Below the pieces are notes generated by a model that was not told where the DNA came from, ran no database searches, and was given only the letters and a program-made list of their open reading frames with translations. This document shows, piece by piece, positions 9,294-20,367 of a stretch of DNA of 64,000 bases. A program made the translations under genes and the position numbers. This DNA is from an uncultured Bordetella sp. (GTDB lineage Bacteria; Pseudomonadota; Gammaproteobacteria; Burkholderiales; SG8-41), in contig CAYSQJ010000004.1 of assembly GCA_964433345.1 (NCBI GenBank), positions 109,381 through 173,380 on the forward strand, given 5' to 3'. The stretch's first letter is position 1, and every line of letters starts with the position of its first letter.

Positions 9294-9778
9294 CCGAATA
9301 TCTCCAGCAGGGGCTTCTCGTAACGTTCCTTGATTTCGGCGATCAGCGCGTCGGGTGACTCGCAGTCCAGCGCGTGCACCAGCAGTTCGCGGTTCTCGGT
9401 ATCGATCACCGCGGACACGGTTCCCGGCGTCATCGTGATGATGCTGGCAAACAGGGTGGTGGACTGGGGATTGCTCAATGCCAGGGGTACGCGCAGAAAA
9501 ACCGGCGACAGCTGGCCGGTGGGACCGAGTACCAGGCGTGACACGGCGACGTTGGCGACCACGATGTCCCAAGTGACGCGCAACAGCAGGCGCAGCGCGG
9601 CGACTGGTGAGCGCACCTTCGGCAGATGATCGAGGAATGGCGCACTGATGCGCGGAATGGCAATGCCGAGAAATGCGGCCAGCAGCAGGTGTCCGGCGGA
9701 GAGATCACCGGTCAGCGCCAGCCATCCGGCGGCGAGCGCGGCGGAGAGCAGCGGGAAGGGCAGCCAGCTCCGGATCAT
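9287..9778 (-). CDS. phaE: Mrp/Pha antiporter subunit E
   Basis: 163-aa ORF. MnhE-like features (WDIVVANVAVSRLVL, ITMTPGTVS). Confidence 0.85.
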   Translation of the reverse strand: MIRSWLPFPLLSAALAAGWLALTGDLSAGHLLLAAFLGIAIPRISAPFLDHLPKVRSPVAALRLLLRVTWDIVVANVAVSRLVLGPTGQLSPVFLRVPLALSNPQSTTLFASIITMTPGTVSAVIDTENRELLVHALDCESPDALIAEIKERYEKPLLEIFGC

Positions 9779-11319
9779 CGCGGCAGCTCCCGGCCCAGGG
9801 GCCTTGGCGCGCGATCAGCACTGTTGCCGACCACGGCCTGCACGTATTGCGCGGGCGCCAGCAACTGCGCGGCGGTTGCCTCGGCATGCCGGTGCAGCGG
9901 TCCGGCGAAAGCCACCAGCAGCAGGCTCAAGGCCATCAGCGCGCCCAGCGGCAGCCATTCTGCACTGCGCGCCGGCACCGCATCCGGAGCGGCTTCCGCG
10001 CCGACTTTCCACAGCAGTACGCTGCCGGCGCGCGAGCAGGCCACCAGCGCGGCGAGACTGGAGACCAGTACCGTTCCCCAGATCCAGGGTGCGACAGGAC
10101 TGCCGGCAGTGCCCTGGAGGATCATCACCTTGCCGAGGAATCCCGCCGAGGGCGGCGCGCCGGCGACAACGGCTGCGCCGAGCAGGAAGACAATGCCCAG
10201 CAGCACCGGCTGGCGCGGCGCGCCGGCAGCGACCAGGGTATCCGCCGTGCTGCCGCGCTGGCGCGCGACAAGGTCGGTCAGCAGGAACAGCGCGGCGACG
10301 ATGACCGTGCTGTGCACCAGGTAGTACAGGGCGCCGGCAAGTGCCGCGTTGCCGCCTGCAGCCACCGCCGTCAGCAGCGTGCCGACCGAAGCGATGGTCA
10401 GATGCGCCACCAGTTCGCCGAGCCGTTTCGCGCCCAGGGCTCCGGTCACGCCGAGGGCCAGTGTCAGCAGCGCCAGCGGCAGCAGCCAGGGCGAGGTGAG
10501 GCTGGCCGCGGCACCGCTGTCGCCGCCAAACATCAGCGTGGTCACGCGCAGGATCGCGTAGACACCGACCTTGGTCATGATCGCGAACAGCGCGGCGACC
10601 GGTGCCGAGGCGCTGGAATAGGTCGCCGGCAGCCAGAAATAAAGCGGAAACAGTGCGGCCTTGACCGCGAAAACACCGAGCAGCATCAGGCCGGCCGCGC
10701 GCACCAGGGCGATGTCGGCCTCCGGCGTCTGCGCGATGCGCTCGGCGAGATGCGCCATGTTGAGTGTTCCGGTGACGCCGTAGAGCAGGCTGACTGCGAT
10801 CAGGAAAACGCCGGATCCGGTCAGGTTTATCGCCACGTAATGCACCGCCGCGCGCAGCCTTTGCTGGCCGAGGCCATGCAGCAGCAGGCAGTAGGAGGCG
10901 ATGAGCAGGACTTCGAAAAATACGAACAGGTTGAACAGGTCGCCGGTCAGGAATGCGCCGTTGATGCCCATCAGCTGGAACTGGAACAGGGCATGGAAAT
11001 GGCGGCCGCGCAGATCCCAGCCGTTTGCGGCGTAGGCCAGTGCCGCCAGCGCAATGATAGAAGTCAGCAGGACCAGCAGCGCCGACAGCCGGTCGGCAAC
11101 CAGCACGATGCCGAAGGGCGCCATCCAGTCGCCCAAGGCATAGACCCGGTATCCGCCGGACAGCGATTCTGCCGCGAGCAGGACGGCGGCAGCTGCGCCG
11201 AGGGCGGTGGCGGCGAGTCCAAGCACACGTGCCAGCAGCGGACGGTTGCCGCCGCAGATCAGCAGCAGCGCGCCGGCCAGCGCGGGTATCGCCAGGGGCA
11301 ACACGGCGAGGTGGTTCAT
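9775..11319 (-). CDS. phaD: Mrp/Pha antiporter subunit D (NuoN/M-like)
   Basis: Start MNHLAVLPLAIPALAG inside ORF 9775-11697, with an ATGA overlap to the phaC stop at 11316-11319. Proton-antiporter core (FFEVLLIASY, LPATYSSA). Confidence 0.88.
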   Translation of the reverse strand: MNHLAVLPLAIPALAGALLLICGGNRPLLARVLGLAATALGAAAAVLLAAESLSGGYRVYALGDWMAPFGIVLVADRLSALLVLLTSIIALAALAYAANGWDLRGRHFHALFQFQLMGINGAFLTGDLFNLFVFFEVLLIASYCLLLHGLGQQRLRAAVHYVAINLTGSGVFLIAVSLLYGVTGTLNMAHLAERIAQTPEADIALVRAAGLMLLGVFAVKAALFPLYFWLPATYSSASAPVAALFAIMTKVGVYAILRVTTLMFGGDSGAAASLTSPWLLPLALLTLALGVTGALGAKRLGELVAHLTIASVGTLLTAVAAGGNAALAGALYYLVHSTVIVAALFLLTDLVARQRGSTADTLVAAGAPRQPVLLGIVFLLGAAVVAGAPPSAGFLGKVMILQGTAGSPVAPWIWGTVLVSSLAALVACSRAGSVLLWKVGAEAAPDAVPARSAEWLPLGALMALSLLLVAFAGPLHRHAEATAAQLLAPAQYVQAVVGNSADRAPRPLGRELPR

Positions 11320-11665
11320 CGCGGATCCTCCGGCCGGTCTGCGACTTCGGTGCCGTCGACATGGTCGGACCCCGATTCGCCATGGGCGCGCACGGCGAGC
11401 CCGAGGAAAAACGCGGTCATGCCGAAGCCGATGACGATGGCGGTGAGCACCAGCGCCTGCGGCAGCGGATCGGTATAGGCCGCGGCGTTGGAAGAGATGA
11501 CCGGCGGCGCACCCGGGGTGACGCGTCCCATCGAGAAAATGAAAAGGTTGACGGCGTAGGACAGCAGCGACAGGCCCAGCACCACCGAGAAGGTGCGCCC
11601 GCGCAGCAGCAGGAACACGCCGCAGGCGGTGACTACGCCGAGCGCCGAGGCGAGCAGGAATTCCA

Positions 11666-11666
<1 letters not shown>
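11316..11666 (-). CDS. phaC: Mrp/Pha antiporter subunit C (NuoK-like)
   Basis: 116-aa ORF MEFLLASALGVVTACGVFLLLRGRTF. DPLPQALVLTAIVIGF is typical of MrpC. Confidence 0.88.
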
Positions 11667-14443
<2,777 letters not shown>

Positions 14444-14784
14444 TGCACTGTATTCAAGCGGAACGCACGGTACCGGAATGTCCGGCCGCGGCGCAGTGTG
14501 CGACAGCAGGGCGGTTGCCGGTTTCTGCTGATCCTGCGGCGGGCCCTGAAATGATTAAAGCGAATGGCTGATGATAGCCAAAAAATCCTGGTGGGTCAGC
14601 ACTTGCGGACGGGGCGCGTGCCGCGGGTGTGGAGGGGTATTTCATTCGCGAGACTGCATCCGCGGTATCAATTGCATATAGAATTGCCGCAATTACAAAA
14701 GTTAATGCATGCAATCCAACATGCGATCCCGGATTCCGGCCAAACACCCGCCTTGCGTTACTGTCGCAACCGGTCTGAACAGCC
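14444..14784. promoter_or_regulatory. Divergent intergenic control region between the two Mrp-type operons
   Basis: 341-bp non-coding gap. It holds a locally AT-rich stretch near 14660-14730 with AATTGC/GCAATT inverted motifs and an 8-bp palindrome TGCATGCA. Only spurious overlapping ORFs fall here. Confidence 0.5.
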
Positions 14785-15261
14785 ATGCTTAAATCAGCCA
14801 GTCTTGCTTTTTTTCTGTTCGTCTTCTGGCTGTTGATGTCCGGCATCTATGAGCCTTTTCTCATAGGGGCGGGTCTGGGATCCTCGCTGCTGGTGGTGTG
14901 GATCGCGCGGCGGATGGAAGTTGTTGATGCCGAGGGGCATCCGGCTCACCTGGGGCCTGCGGCATTGACCTACTGGCCGTGGCTGATGAAAGAGATCGTG
15001 GTGTCCGCGCTGGCCGTCACCCGCATCATCGTCGATCCTAAGCTGCCGATATCGCCGACACTGGTGCGTTTTCGTCCGCGCCAGACCACCACGGTCGGCC
15101 TGGTGACCCACGCCAATTCGATCACCCTCACCCCGGGCACGATTTCGCTGGAAGTGGCGCCGGGAGAGTTCCTGGTGCACGCGCTGACCCGCGAAGGCGC
15201 GCAGGCGGTGACGGACAGCGAGATGGACCGCCGTGTCGAGCGCTTTGAGGCGGGCCGCTGA
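14785..15261 (+). CDS. MrpE/MnhE-like subunit (second cluster)
   Basis: 158-aa ORF. WLLMSG, EIVVSALAVTRIIVDP and ANSITLTPGTISLEV match the MnhE family pattern. Its stop overlaps the next start. Confidence 0.75.
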   Translation: MLKSASLAFFLFVFWLLMSGIYEPFLIGAGLGSSLLVVWIARRMEVVDAEGHPAHLGPAALTYWPWLMKEIVVSALAVTRIIVDPKLPISPTLVRFRPRQTTTVGLVTHANSITLTPGTISLEVAPGEFLVHALTREGAQAVTDSEMDRRVERFEAGR

Positions 15262-15542
15262 TGTACACAGTCGCAGTTCTTGCGTTGCTGGTAACCCTTG
15301 GTCTTGTGCTGGTGCGCGGTCTGCTCGGGCCGACTGTATTTGACCGCGCGCAGGCTGCCAACACGGTGGGCACGGCGGCGGTTCTGCTGCTGGCCGTGTT
15401 CGGATTCCTGTTCGGGCGCCCCGAATTCCTCGACCTGGCGATCATCTACGGCCTGCTCAACGTGATCGGCACCATTGCCGTACTCAAGTTCTTCCGCTAC
15501 GGCGACCTTGGAGAGCCCGGCGAAGGGGAGGGCGGCAAGTGA
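15261..15542 (+). CDS. MrpF-like subunit (second cluster)
   Basis: 93-aa ORF with three hydrophobic helices. GPTVFDRAQAANTVGT aligns with the MrpF GP..DR motif. Confidence 0.75.
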   Translation: MYTVAVLALLVTLGLVLVRGLLGPTVFDRAQAANTVGTAAVLLLAVFGFLFGRPEFLDLAIIYGLLNVIGTIAVLKFFRYGDLGEPGEGEGGK

Positions 15543-15865
15543 CGCCGCTCGTCGATGCCCTGAGCTGGGTCTGCTTCGCGGCCGGCGGATTTTTCTGCAT
15601 TGTCGGTGCGGCCGGCATGCTGCGCATGCCCGATGTCTACACCCGCATGCACGCGGCCAGCGTGATCGAGACTCTGGGGGCCGGCCTCATGCTGGCCGGC
15701 ATGATGCTCCAGGCCGGGCTGACGCTGGTCACCGTGAAGCTTGCCGTGATTGCACTGCTGGTGATGTTCGCGAGCCCGACTGCGAGCCACGCGCTGGCTC
15801 GGGCGGCGATGGTGCGCGGTGTCGAGCCGCTGCTTGACCGGGGAGAAGGCGCATCGAAGCCCTGA
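15539..15865 (+). CDS. MrpG/MnhG-like subunit (second cluster)
   Basis: 108-aa ORF. FFCIVGAAGMLRMPDVYTRMHAASVIETLG matches the MnhG signature. Confidence 0.8.
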   Translation: MTPLVDALSWVCFAAGGFFCIVGAAGMLRMPDVYTRMHAASVIETLGAGLMLAGMMLQAGLTLVTVKLAVIALLVMFASPTASHALARAAMVRGVEPLLDRGEGASKP

Positions 15866-15885
15866 TCATCAATACCCTGCTGACG

Positions 15886-16383
15886 ATGATGATCGTTGTC
15901 GTGCTGGCCATGGTCCTGCAGCGCAACCTGTTCGGCGTGGTGGTGCTGTCGGGCATTTACAGTTTCCTGATGGCCACGGCGCTGGTTGCACTTGATGCGG
16001 TGGATGTGGCGATGACCGAGGCTGCAGTCGGTGCTGGCATTTCGACGGTGCTGCTGCTGGGGGCGATATACCTCACGCGTGCGAACGAGGCGAAACCCCT
16101 GCGCCGGCCGCTGCTGCCGCTGGTGGCGGCGCTGGGCGTAAGCGGGGCGCTGATCTACGGTACGCTGGGACTGCCCGCATTTTCCGATCCGGCGGCGCCG
16201 ATCCATACCCATGTTGCTCCGCGCTACATCGAGAAGGCGGTCACCGAGACCGGCGTGCCCAACGTGGTGACTGCGGTACTTGCGAGTTACCGGGGCTATG
16301 ACACCTTCGGTGAGACCATCGTGGTGTTTACCGCCGGCATCGGCGTGATCGCGCTGCTCAGGCGCCGCCGCCGCAAGGATTAG
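15886..16383 (+). CDS. MbhD/DUF4040-type membrane subunit (equivalent to the MrpA C-terminal domain)
   Basis: 165-aa ORF. ALDAVDVAMTEAAVGAGISTVLLL and VVTAVLASYRGYDTFGETIVVFTAG are typical of DUF4040/MrpA C-terminal proteins. The true start may lie a few codons upstream. Confidence 0.72.
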   Translation: MMIVVVLAMVLQRNLFGVVVLSGIYSFLMATALVALDAVDVAMTEAAVGAGISTVLLLGAIYLTRANEAKPLRRPLLPLVAALGVSGALIYGTLGLPAFSDPAAPIHTHVAPRYIEKAVTETGVPNVVTAVLASYRGYDTFGETIVVFTAGIGVIALLRRRRRKD

Positions 16384-16385
16384 CC

Positions 16386-16817
16386 ATGCATTCTCAACTC
16401 GTCCTGCGCGTCATCGCGAAGCTGCTGATCCCGTTCATGCTGTTGTTCGCGCTGTACGTGCAGTTCCACGGCGATTTCGGCCCGGGCGGCGGTTTCCAGG
16501 CCGGCGTGATCACGGCAGCGGCGGTGATTCTCTACGGACTGATCTACGGCCTGCCCGCCGCGAGACGGCTGGTTCCCGACCGTTTTGTCGAATCGATGAT
16601 CGCCGGCGGGGTGCTGCTGTACGGCGGGGTCGGCGTCGCCGGCATGCTGCTGGGCGGCAACTTCCTCGATTATTTCGTGCTGGCGGCCGATCCGGTGCAT
16701 GGCCAGCACCGCGGCATCCTGCTGGTGGAGCTGGGTGTGCTGATCACCGTTGCCGGGGTGATGCTGAAGATCTTCTACGTGTTTGCGGGGCGGGGTCGCG
16801 ACCCCGGCCGCGAATGA
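16386..16817 (+). CDS. MnhB/MrpB-like subunit (second cluster)
   Basis: 143-aa ORF. LFALYVQFHGDFGPGGGFQAGVI is the MnhB-domain hallmark. Confidence 0.8.
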   Translation: MHSQLVLRVIAKLLIPFMLLFALYVQFHGDFGPGGGFQAGVITAAAVILYGLIYGLPAARRLVPDRFVESMIAGGVLLYGGVGVAGMLLGGNFLDYFVLAADPVHGQHRGILLVELGVLITVAGVMLKIFYVFAGRGRDPGRE

Positions 16818-17179
16818 GCTTCGCCAGCCATTACAGCTACTGGGCGACCATCGCGCTGATGGTCCTCGGGCTTTATATCCTGATTGCCCGGGGCAATCTG
16901 ATCAAGAAGCTGGTCGGACTGGCGGTGTTCCAGACCTCGGTCTACCTGCTGTACATCGCGCCGGGCAAGCTGATCGGAGGCACCGCGCCGATCATCGCCG
17001 AACAGTTCCGCATTTACTCCAATCCGCTGCCGCATGTGCTGATCCTGACCGCGATCGTGGTCGGCGTGGCGACGCTGGCGCTGGGCCTCGCGCTGGTGGT
17101 GCGCATATACGAGGCCTACGGCAGTATCGAGGAGGACGAGATCATCGAACGCGACCGGAAGGCAGGGCAGGACGCTTGA
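16814..17179 (+). CDS. MrpC/NuoK-like subunit (second cluster)
   Basis: 121-aa ORF. GNLIKKLVGLAVFQTSVYLLY and NPLPHVLILTAIVVGVATLALGLALV. Confidence 0.85.
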   Translation: MSFASHYSYWATIALMVLGLYILIARGNLIKKLVGLAVFQTSVYLLYIAPGKLIGGTAPIIAEQFRIYSNPLPHVLILTAIVVGVATLALGLALVVRIYEAYGSIEEDEIIERDRKAGQDA

Positions 17180-18654
17180 TTTCCGACCACCTGCCGATCC
17201 TGCAGGTTGTGCTGCCGTTGCTGGCGGCGCCGCTGATCGTGCTGTTCCGTCATGCCGTGCTGGCCTGGCTGCTGGCGGCTGCAGTCAGCTGGTGTTCCTT
17301 TGCGATCGCGGTGGCGCTTTTTTTCGCAGTGCCCGCCGGCGGTGCGTTCGATTATGCGCTCGGCAGCTGGGCCGCCCCCTGGGGCATTGCCTACCGCATC
17401 GACAGCGCCAGCGCCTATGTGCTGGTGCTGGTGTCGCTGATTGCCTCGGTGGTGGTCACCTACGCACGGTCGAGCATCGCCGCAGAGGTGGATCGCGACA
17501 GCCACTACCTGTTTTACGCGATGTTCGTGCTCTGCCTGGGCGGTCTGCTCGGCATTGCCGCCACCAACGACGCCTTCAACCTGTTTGTTTTCCTCGAGAT
17601 TTCCTCGCTGTCCAGCTACGTGCTCATTTCCATAGGCCGCAACCGGCGCGCGCTGCATGCTGCTTTCCAGTATCTGATCATGGGTACCATCGGTGCGACT
17701 TTCTACGTGATCGGCGTCGGGCTGCTCTACCTGATGACCGGCACGCTGAACATGGCGGACATGGCGGAGCGGCTGGCGCAGGTCGGTGAGACGCGCCCGG
17801 TGCTGTCGGCGCTGGCCTTCATCACCGTCGGACTGTCGCTGAAGATCGCGCTTTTCCCGCTGCATTTCTGGCTGCCCAATGCCTATGCCTCGGCGCCTTC
17901 GGTGGTGTCGGCATTCCTTGCCGGCACGGCGACCAAGGTGTCGGTGTACGTGCTGATGCGCTTCCTGTTCTCGGTGTTCGGTGTCAGGCTTTCCCTCGAT
18001 GCGCTGCACCTGTTTGACCTGCTCGTCGGCCTGTCGATCGCCGCGACCGTGGCGGCGTCCCTGATAGCGCTGTTCCAGGATGACCTCAAGCGCATGCTGG
18101 CCTACTCCAGTGTCGCCCAGGTCGGCTATATCACGCTGGGCATCGCGCTGAACAATGCAGACGGATTGACCGCCGCGGTGATTCACCTGTTCAACCACGG
18201 CATCACCAAGGTGGCGCTGTTCATGCTTGTCGGGGGCATCGTGCTGCGCATGGGCACGACGCGTTTTTCCGACATGGCGGGGCTCGCGCGGCGCATGCCG
18301 TTCACGGCCTTTGGCTTCGTCGTCGCCGGCCTCAGCCTGATCGGGGTTCCCGCATCCGCGGGATTCGTCACCAAGTGGTACCTGGTGATGGCGGCGCTGG
18401 AACGTGCTCACTGGTGGCTGGCGGCTCTGGTCGTGGCGACTTCGCTGATCTCGGCGCTGTACGTCTGGCGTTTTGTCGAGATGGCCTACCTGCGCGAGCC
18501 CGTCGGCGAGGTCCGGCGTTCCGAGGCACCGCTGTCGCTGCTGGTGCCGGCCTGGATCATGGTCCTGGCCTGCACCTATTTCGGACTCGAGACCTCGTAT
18601 TCGCTGACCGGGGCCCAGGAGGCCGCGGCTGCGCTGGCAAGGGGATTCCGTTGA
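17176..18654 (+). CDS. MrpD/NuoM-N-like antiporter subunit 1 (second cluster)
   Basis: TTG start at 17176 overlaps the preceding stop (within ORF 16783-18654). Proton-antiporter core FVFLEISSLSSYVLI, FPLHFWLPNAYASAPS, LAYSSVAQVGY. Confidence 0.85.
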   Translation: MISDHLPILQVVLPLLAAPLIVLFRHAVLAWLLAAAVSWCSFAIAVALFFAVPAGGAFDYALGSWAAPWGIAYRIDSASAYVLVLVSLIASVVVTYARSSIAAEVDRDSHYLFYAMFVLCLGGLLGIAATNDAFNLFVFLEISSLSSYVLISIGRNRRALHAAFQYLIMGTIGATFYVIGVGLLYLMTGTLNMADMAERLAQVGETRPVLSALAFITVGLSLKIALFPLHFWLPNAYASAPSVVSAFLAGTATKVSVYVLMRFLFSVFGVRLSLDALHLFDLLVGLSIAATVAASLIALFQDDLKRMLAYSSVAQVGYITLGIALNNADGLTAAVIHLFNHGITKVALFMLVGGIVLRMGTTRFSDMAGLARRMPFTAFGFVVAGLSLIGVPASAGFVTKWYLVMAALERAHWWLAALVVATSLISALYVWRFVEMAYLREPVGEVRRSEAPLSLLVPAWIMVLACTYFGLETSYSLTGAQEAAAALARGFR

Positions 18655-20108
18655 ATCCGCAGTCGGCGATACTCGCGGCGCTTGTTCTGCCCGTGGCCGG
18701 TGCAGCGGGCATCCTGCTGGCGCACCGCATGCCGAACCTGCGCGAGGCGGTGACCCTGTCCTGTGCTGCTGCGCTGTTCGGCTGCGTGCTGCTGCTGTTG
18801 CCGGCAGTACTGGACGGGGAGAGGCCTGCAGTGGCGCTGTTCCAGTTGCTGCCCGGCATTCAGTTCGCGTTCCGGGTGGAGCCGCTGGGCATGCTGTTTG
18901 CGCTGGTGGCCTCCGGCCTGTGGATCGTCAATTCACTGTATTCAATCGGTTACATGCGGGCCAACCGGGAGCAGGGGCAGACACGGTTCTACGCCTGTTT
19001 CGCGCTGGCGCTGGCCTGCACGATGGGCATCGCCTTCGCTTCCAACCTGCTGACGCTGTTCCTGTTCTACGAAATGCTGACCCTGGTCACCTATCCGCTG
19101 GTGACCCACCACCGGGACGAGGAAGCGCGTCGCGGCGGACGCGTTTACATGACCTATCTGCTCGGCAGTTCGATGGCGCTGCTGCTGGTGGCGGTCATCT
19201 CGACCTGGCTGGGCACGGGCAGCGTCGAGTTCACGCCGGGCGGCTTGATCGGTGACAAATTCTCGAACGGCGAAATCGGGCTGCTGCTGGCACTGTTCGT
19301 GTTCGGCATCGGCAAGGCCGCGGTGATGCCCTTCCATCGCTGGTTGCCGGCGGCGATGGTGGCGCCGACACCGGTCTCCGCGCTGCTGCACGCGGTCGCC
19401 GTGGTCAAGGCCGGCGTTTTCACCGTGGTCAAGGTCATCGTCTACGTGTTCGGCGTTGAGCGCATTGCCGGCCTGAGCAGCGTCGACTGGCTGCCGTTCA
19501 TCGCGGGCTTCACCATCATCGCCGCATCCGTGGTCGCGCTGCGCTCGGACAACCTGAAGCGGCGCCTGGCCTATTCCACCATCAGCCAGCTGTCGTACGT
19601 GGTGCTGGCCGCGGCGATCCTGGCGCCGCTGTCGGTGATCGGCGCGGCGCTGCATATTGCAGCCCATGCGGTGGGCAAGATCACGCTTTTTTTCGCGGCA
19701 GGCGCGATCTATACCGCGGCCCACAAGACGCAGGTCAGCGAGCTCGACGGCATCGGCCGGCGCATGCCGCTGACGATGACAGCATTTGCGATCGGCGCGA
19801 TCTCGATGATTGGCCTGCCGCCGGCCGCGGGTTTCATCAGCAAGTGGTACATGCTGCAGGGCGCCGTATCCGGCGCGCACTGGAACGCGGTGGCGGTCAT
19901 CGCAATGAGCACCCTGCTCAATGCGGCCTATTTTCTGCCGATCGTTTATCGCGCATTCTTTGCCGGACCCGCCGCCGGCGAGGCGGTGCACGGCGAGGCG
20001 CCGCCGCTGATGGTTGCCGCGCTGTGCATCACCGCCGCTGCGACGGTGCTGCTGTTCTTTTTCCCCGACGTGCCGCTGGCGCTGGCGCGGCTGATGATGG
20101 CGGACTGA
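18651..20108 (+). CDS. MrpD/NuoM-N-like antiporter subunit 2 (second cluster)
   Basis: TTG start at 18651 overlaps the preceding stop (within ORF 18375-20108). FLFYEMLTLVTYPLV, MPFHRWLPAAMVAPTPVSALLHAVAVVKAG, LAYSTISQLSYV. Confidence 0.85.
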   Translation: MNPQSAILAALVLPVAGAAGILLAHRMPNLREAVTLSCAAALFGCVLLLLPAVLDGERPAVALFQLLPGIQFAFRVEPLGMLFALVASGLWIVNSLYSIGYMRANREQGQTRFYACFALALACTMGIAFASNLLTLFLFYEMLTLVTYPLVTHHRDEEARRGGRVYMTYLLGSSMALLLVAVISTWLGTGSVEFTPGGLIGDKFSNGEIGLLLALFVFGIGKAAVMPFHRWLPAAMVAPTPVSALLHAVAVVKAGVFTVVKVIVYVFGVERIAGLSSVDWLPFIAGFTIIAASVVALRSDNLKRRLAYSTISQLSYVVLAAAILAPLSVIGAALHIAAHAVGKITLFFAAGAIYTAAHKTQVSELDGIGRRMPLTMTAFAIGAISMIGLPPAAGFISKWYMLQGAVSGAHWNAVAVIAMSTLLNAAYFLPIVYRAFFAGPAAGEAVHGEAPPLMVAALCITAAATVLLFFFPDVPLALARLMMAD

Positions 20109-20109
20109 C

Positions 20110-20367
20110 ATGGCGCACTGGCTGACCCGACAATCGACGATCCGCCGGCTCTGGCAAGTCTCCCTTGCCCTGCTGGCATTGCTGGTGCTGGCCGGTGCCC
20201 TGGTCGAGCAGCACCCCCATTTCGGAATAGACGCGGTGTTTGCCTTTCCCGCCTGGTACGGATTCGGCGCCTGCATTGTGCTGATCGTCATCGCCAAGGC
20301 GATCGGCCTGCTGCTGAAGCGGCCCGACAGCTACTATCCGCCCGAACGGGAGCCCGGCGATGACTAG
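20110..20367 (+). CDS. Small two-helix membrane protein of unknown function embedded in the Mrp-like cluster
   Basis: 85-aa ORF that starts 2 nt after the upstream stop and overlaps the downstream start by 8 nt. Two hydrophobic helices (VSLALLALLVLAGALV and GFGACIVLIVIAKAIGLLL). I recognise no family. Confidence 0.5.
   Translation: MAHWLTRQSTIRRLWQVSLALLALLVLAGALVEQHPHFGIDAVFAFPAWYGFGACIVLIVIAKAIGLLLKRPDSYYPPEREPGDD

Noticed and set aside
9673-11478. Long alternative-frame and antisense ORFs. Examples: 9673-11478 (+), 9815-11383 (-), 11696-13489 (+), 17116-18411 (-), 18942-20297 (-), 22147-23418 (-), 25811-26923 (-), 26984-28468 (-), 29351-30685 (-), 43450-44574 (-), 48862-50187 (-), 52839-54338 (-), 54584-56215 (-), 57061-58251 (-), 60942-61877 (-).
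   Set aside because: These are typical high-GC shadow ORFs. Their translations are Arg/Ala/Gly/His/Gln-rich low-complexity strings with no family motifs. Each is fully overlapped by an ORF in another frame or strand that carries clear family signatures.
14454-14846. ORFs 14454-14846 (-) and 14564-14836 (+) in the inter-operon region.
   Set aside because: They have no ribosome-binding sites and no recognisable motifs. They overlap each other and the mrpE-like start, so they are most likely chance ORFs in a regulatory region.
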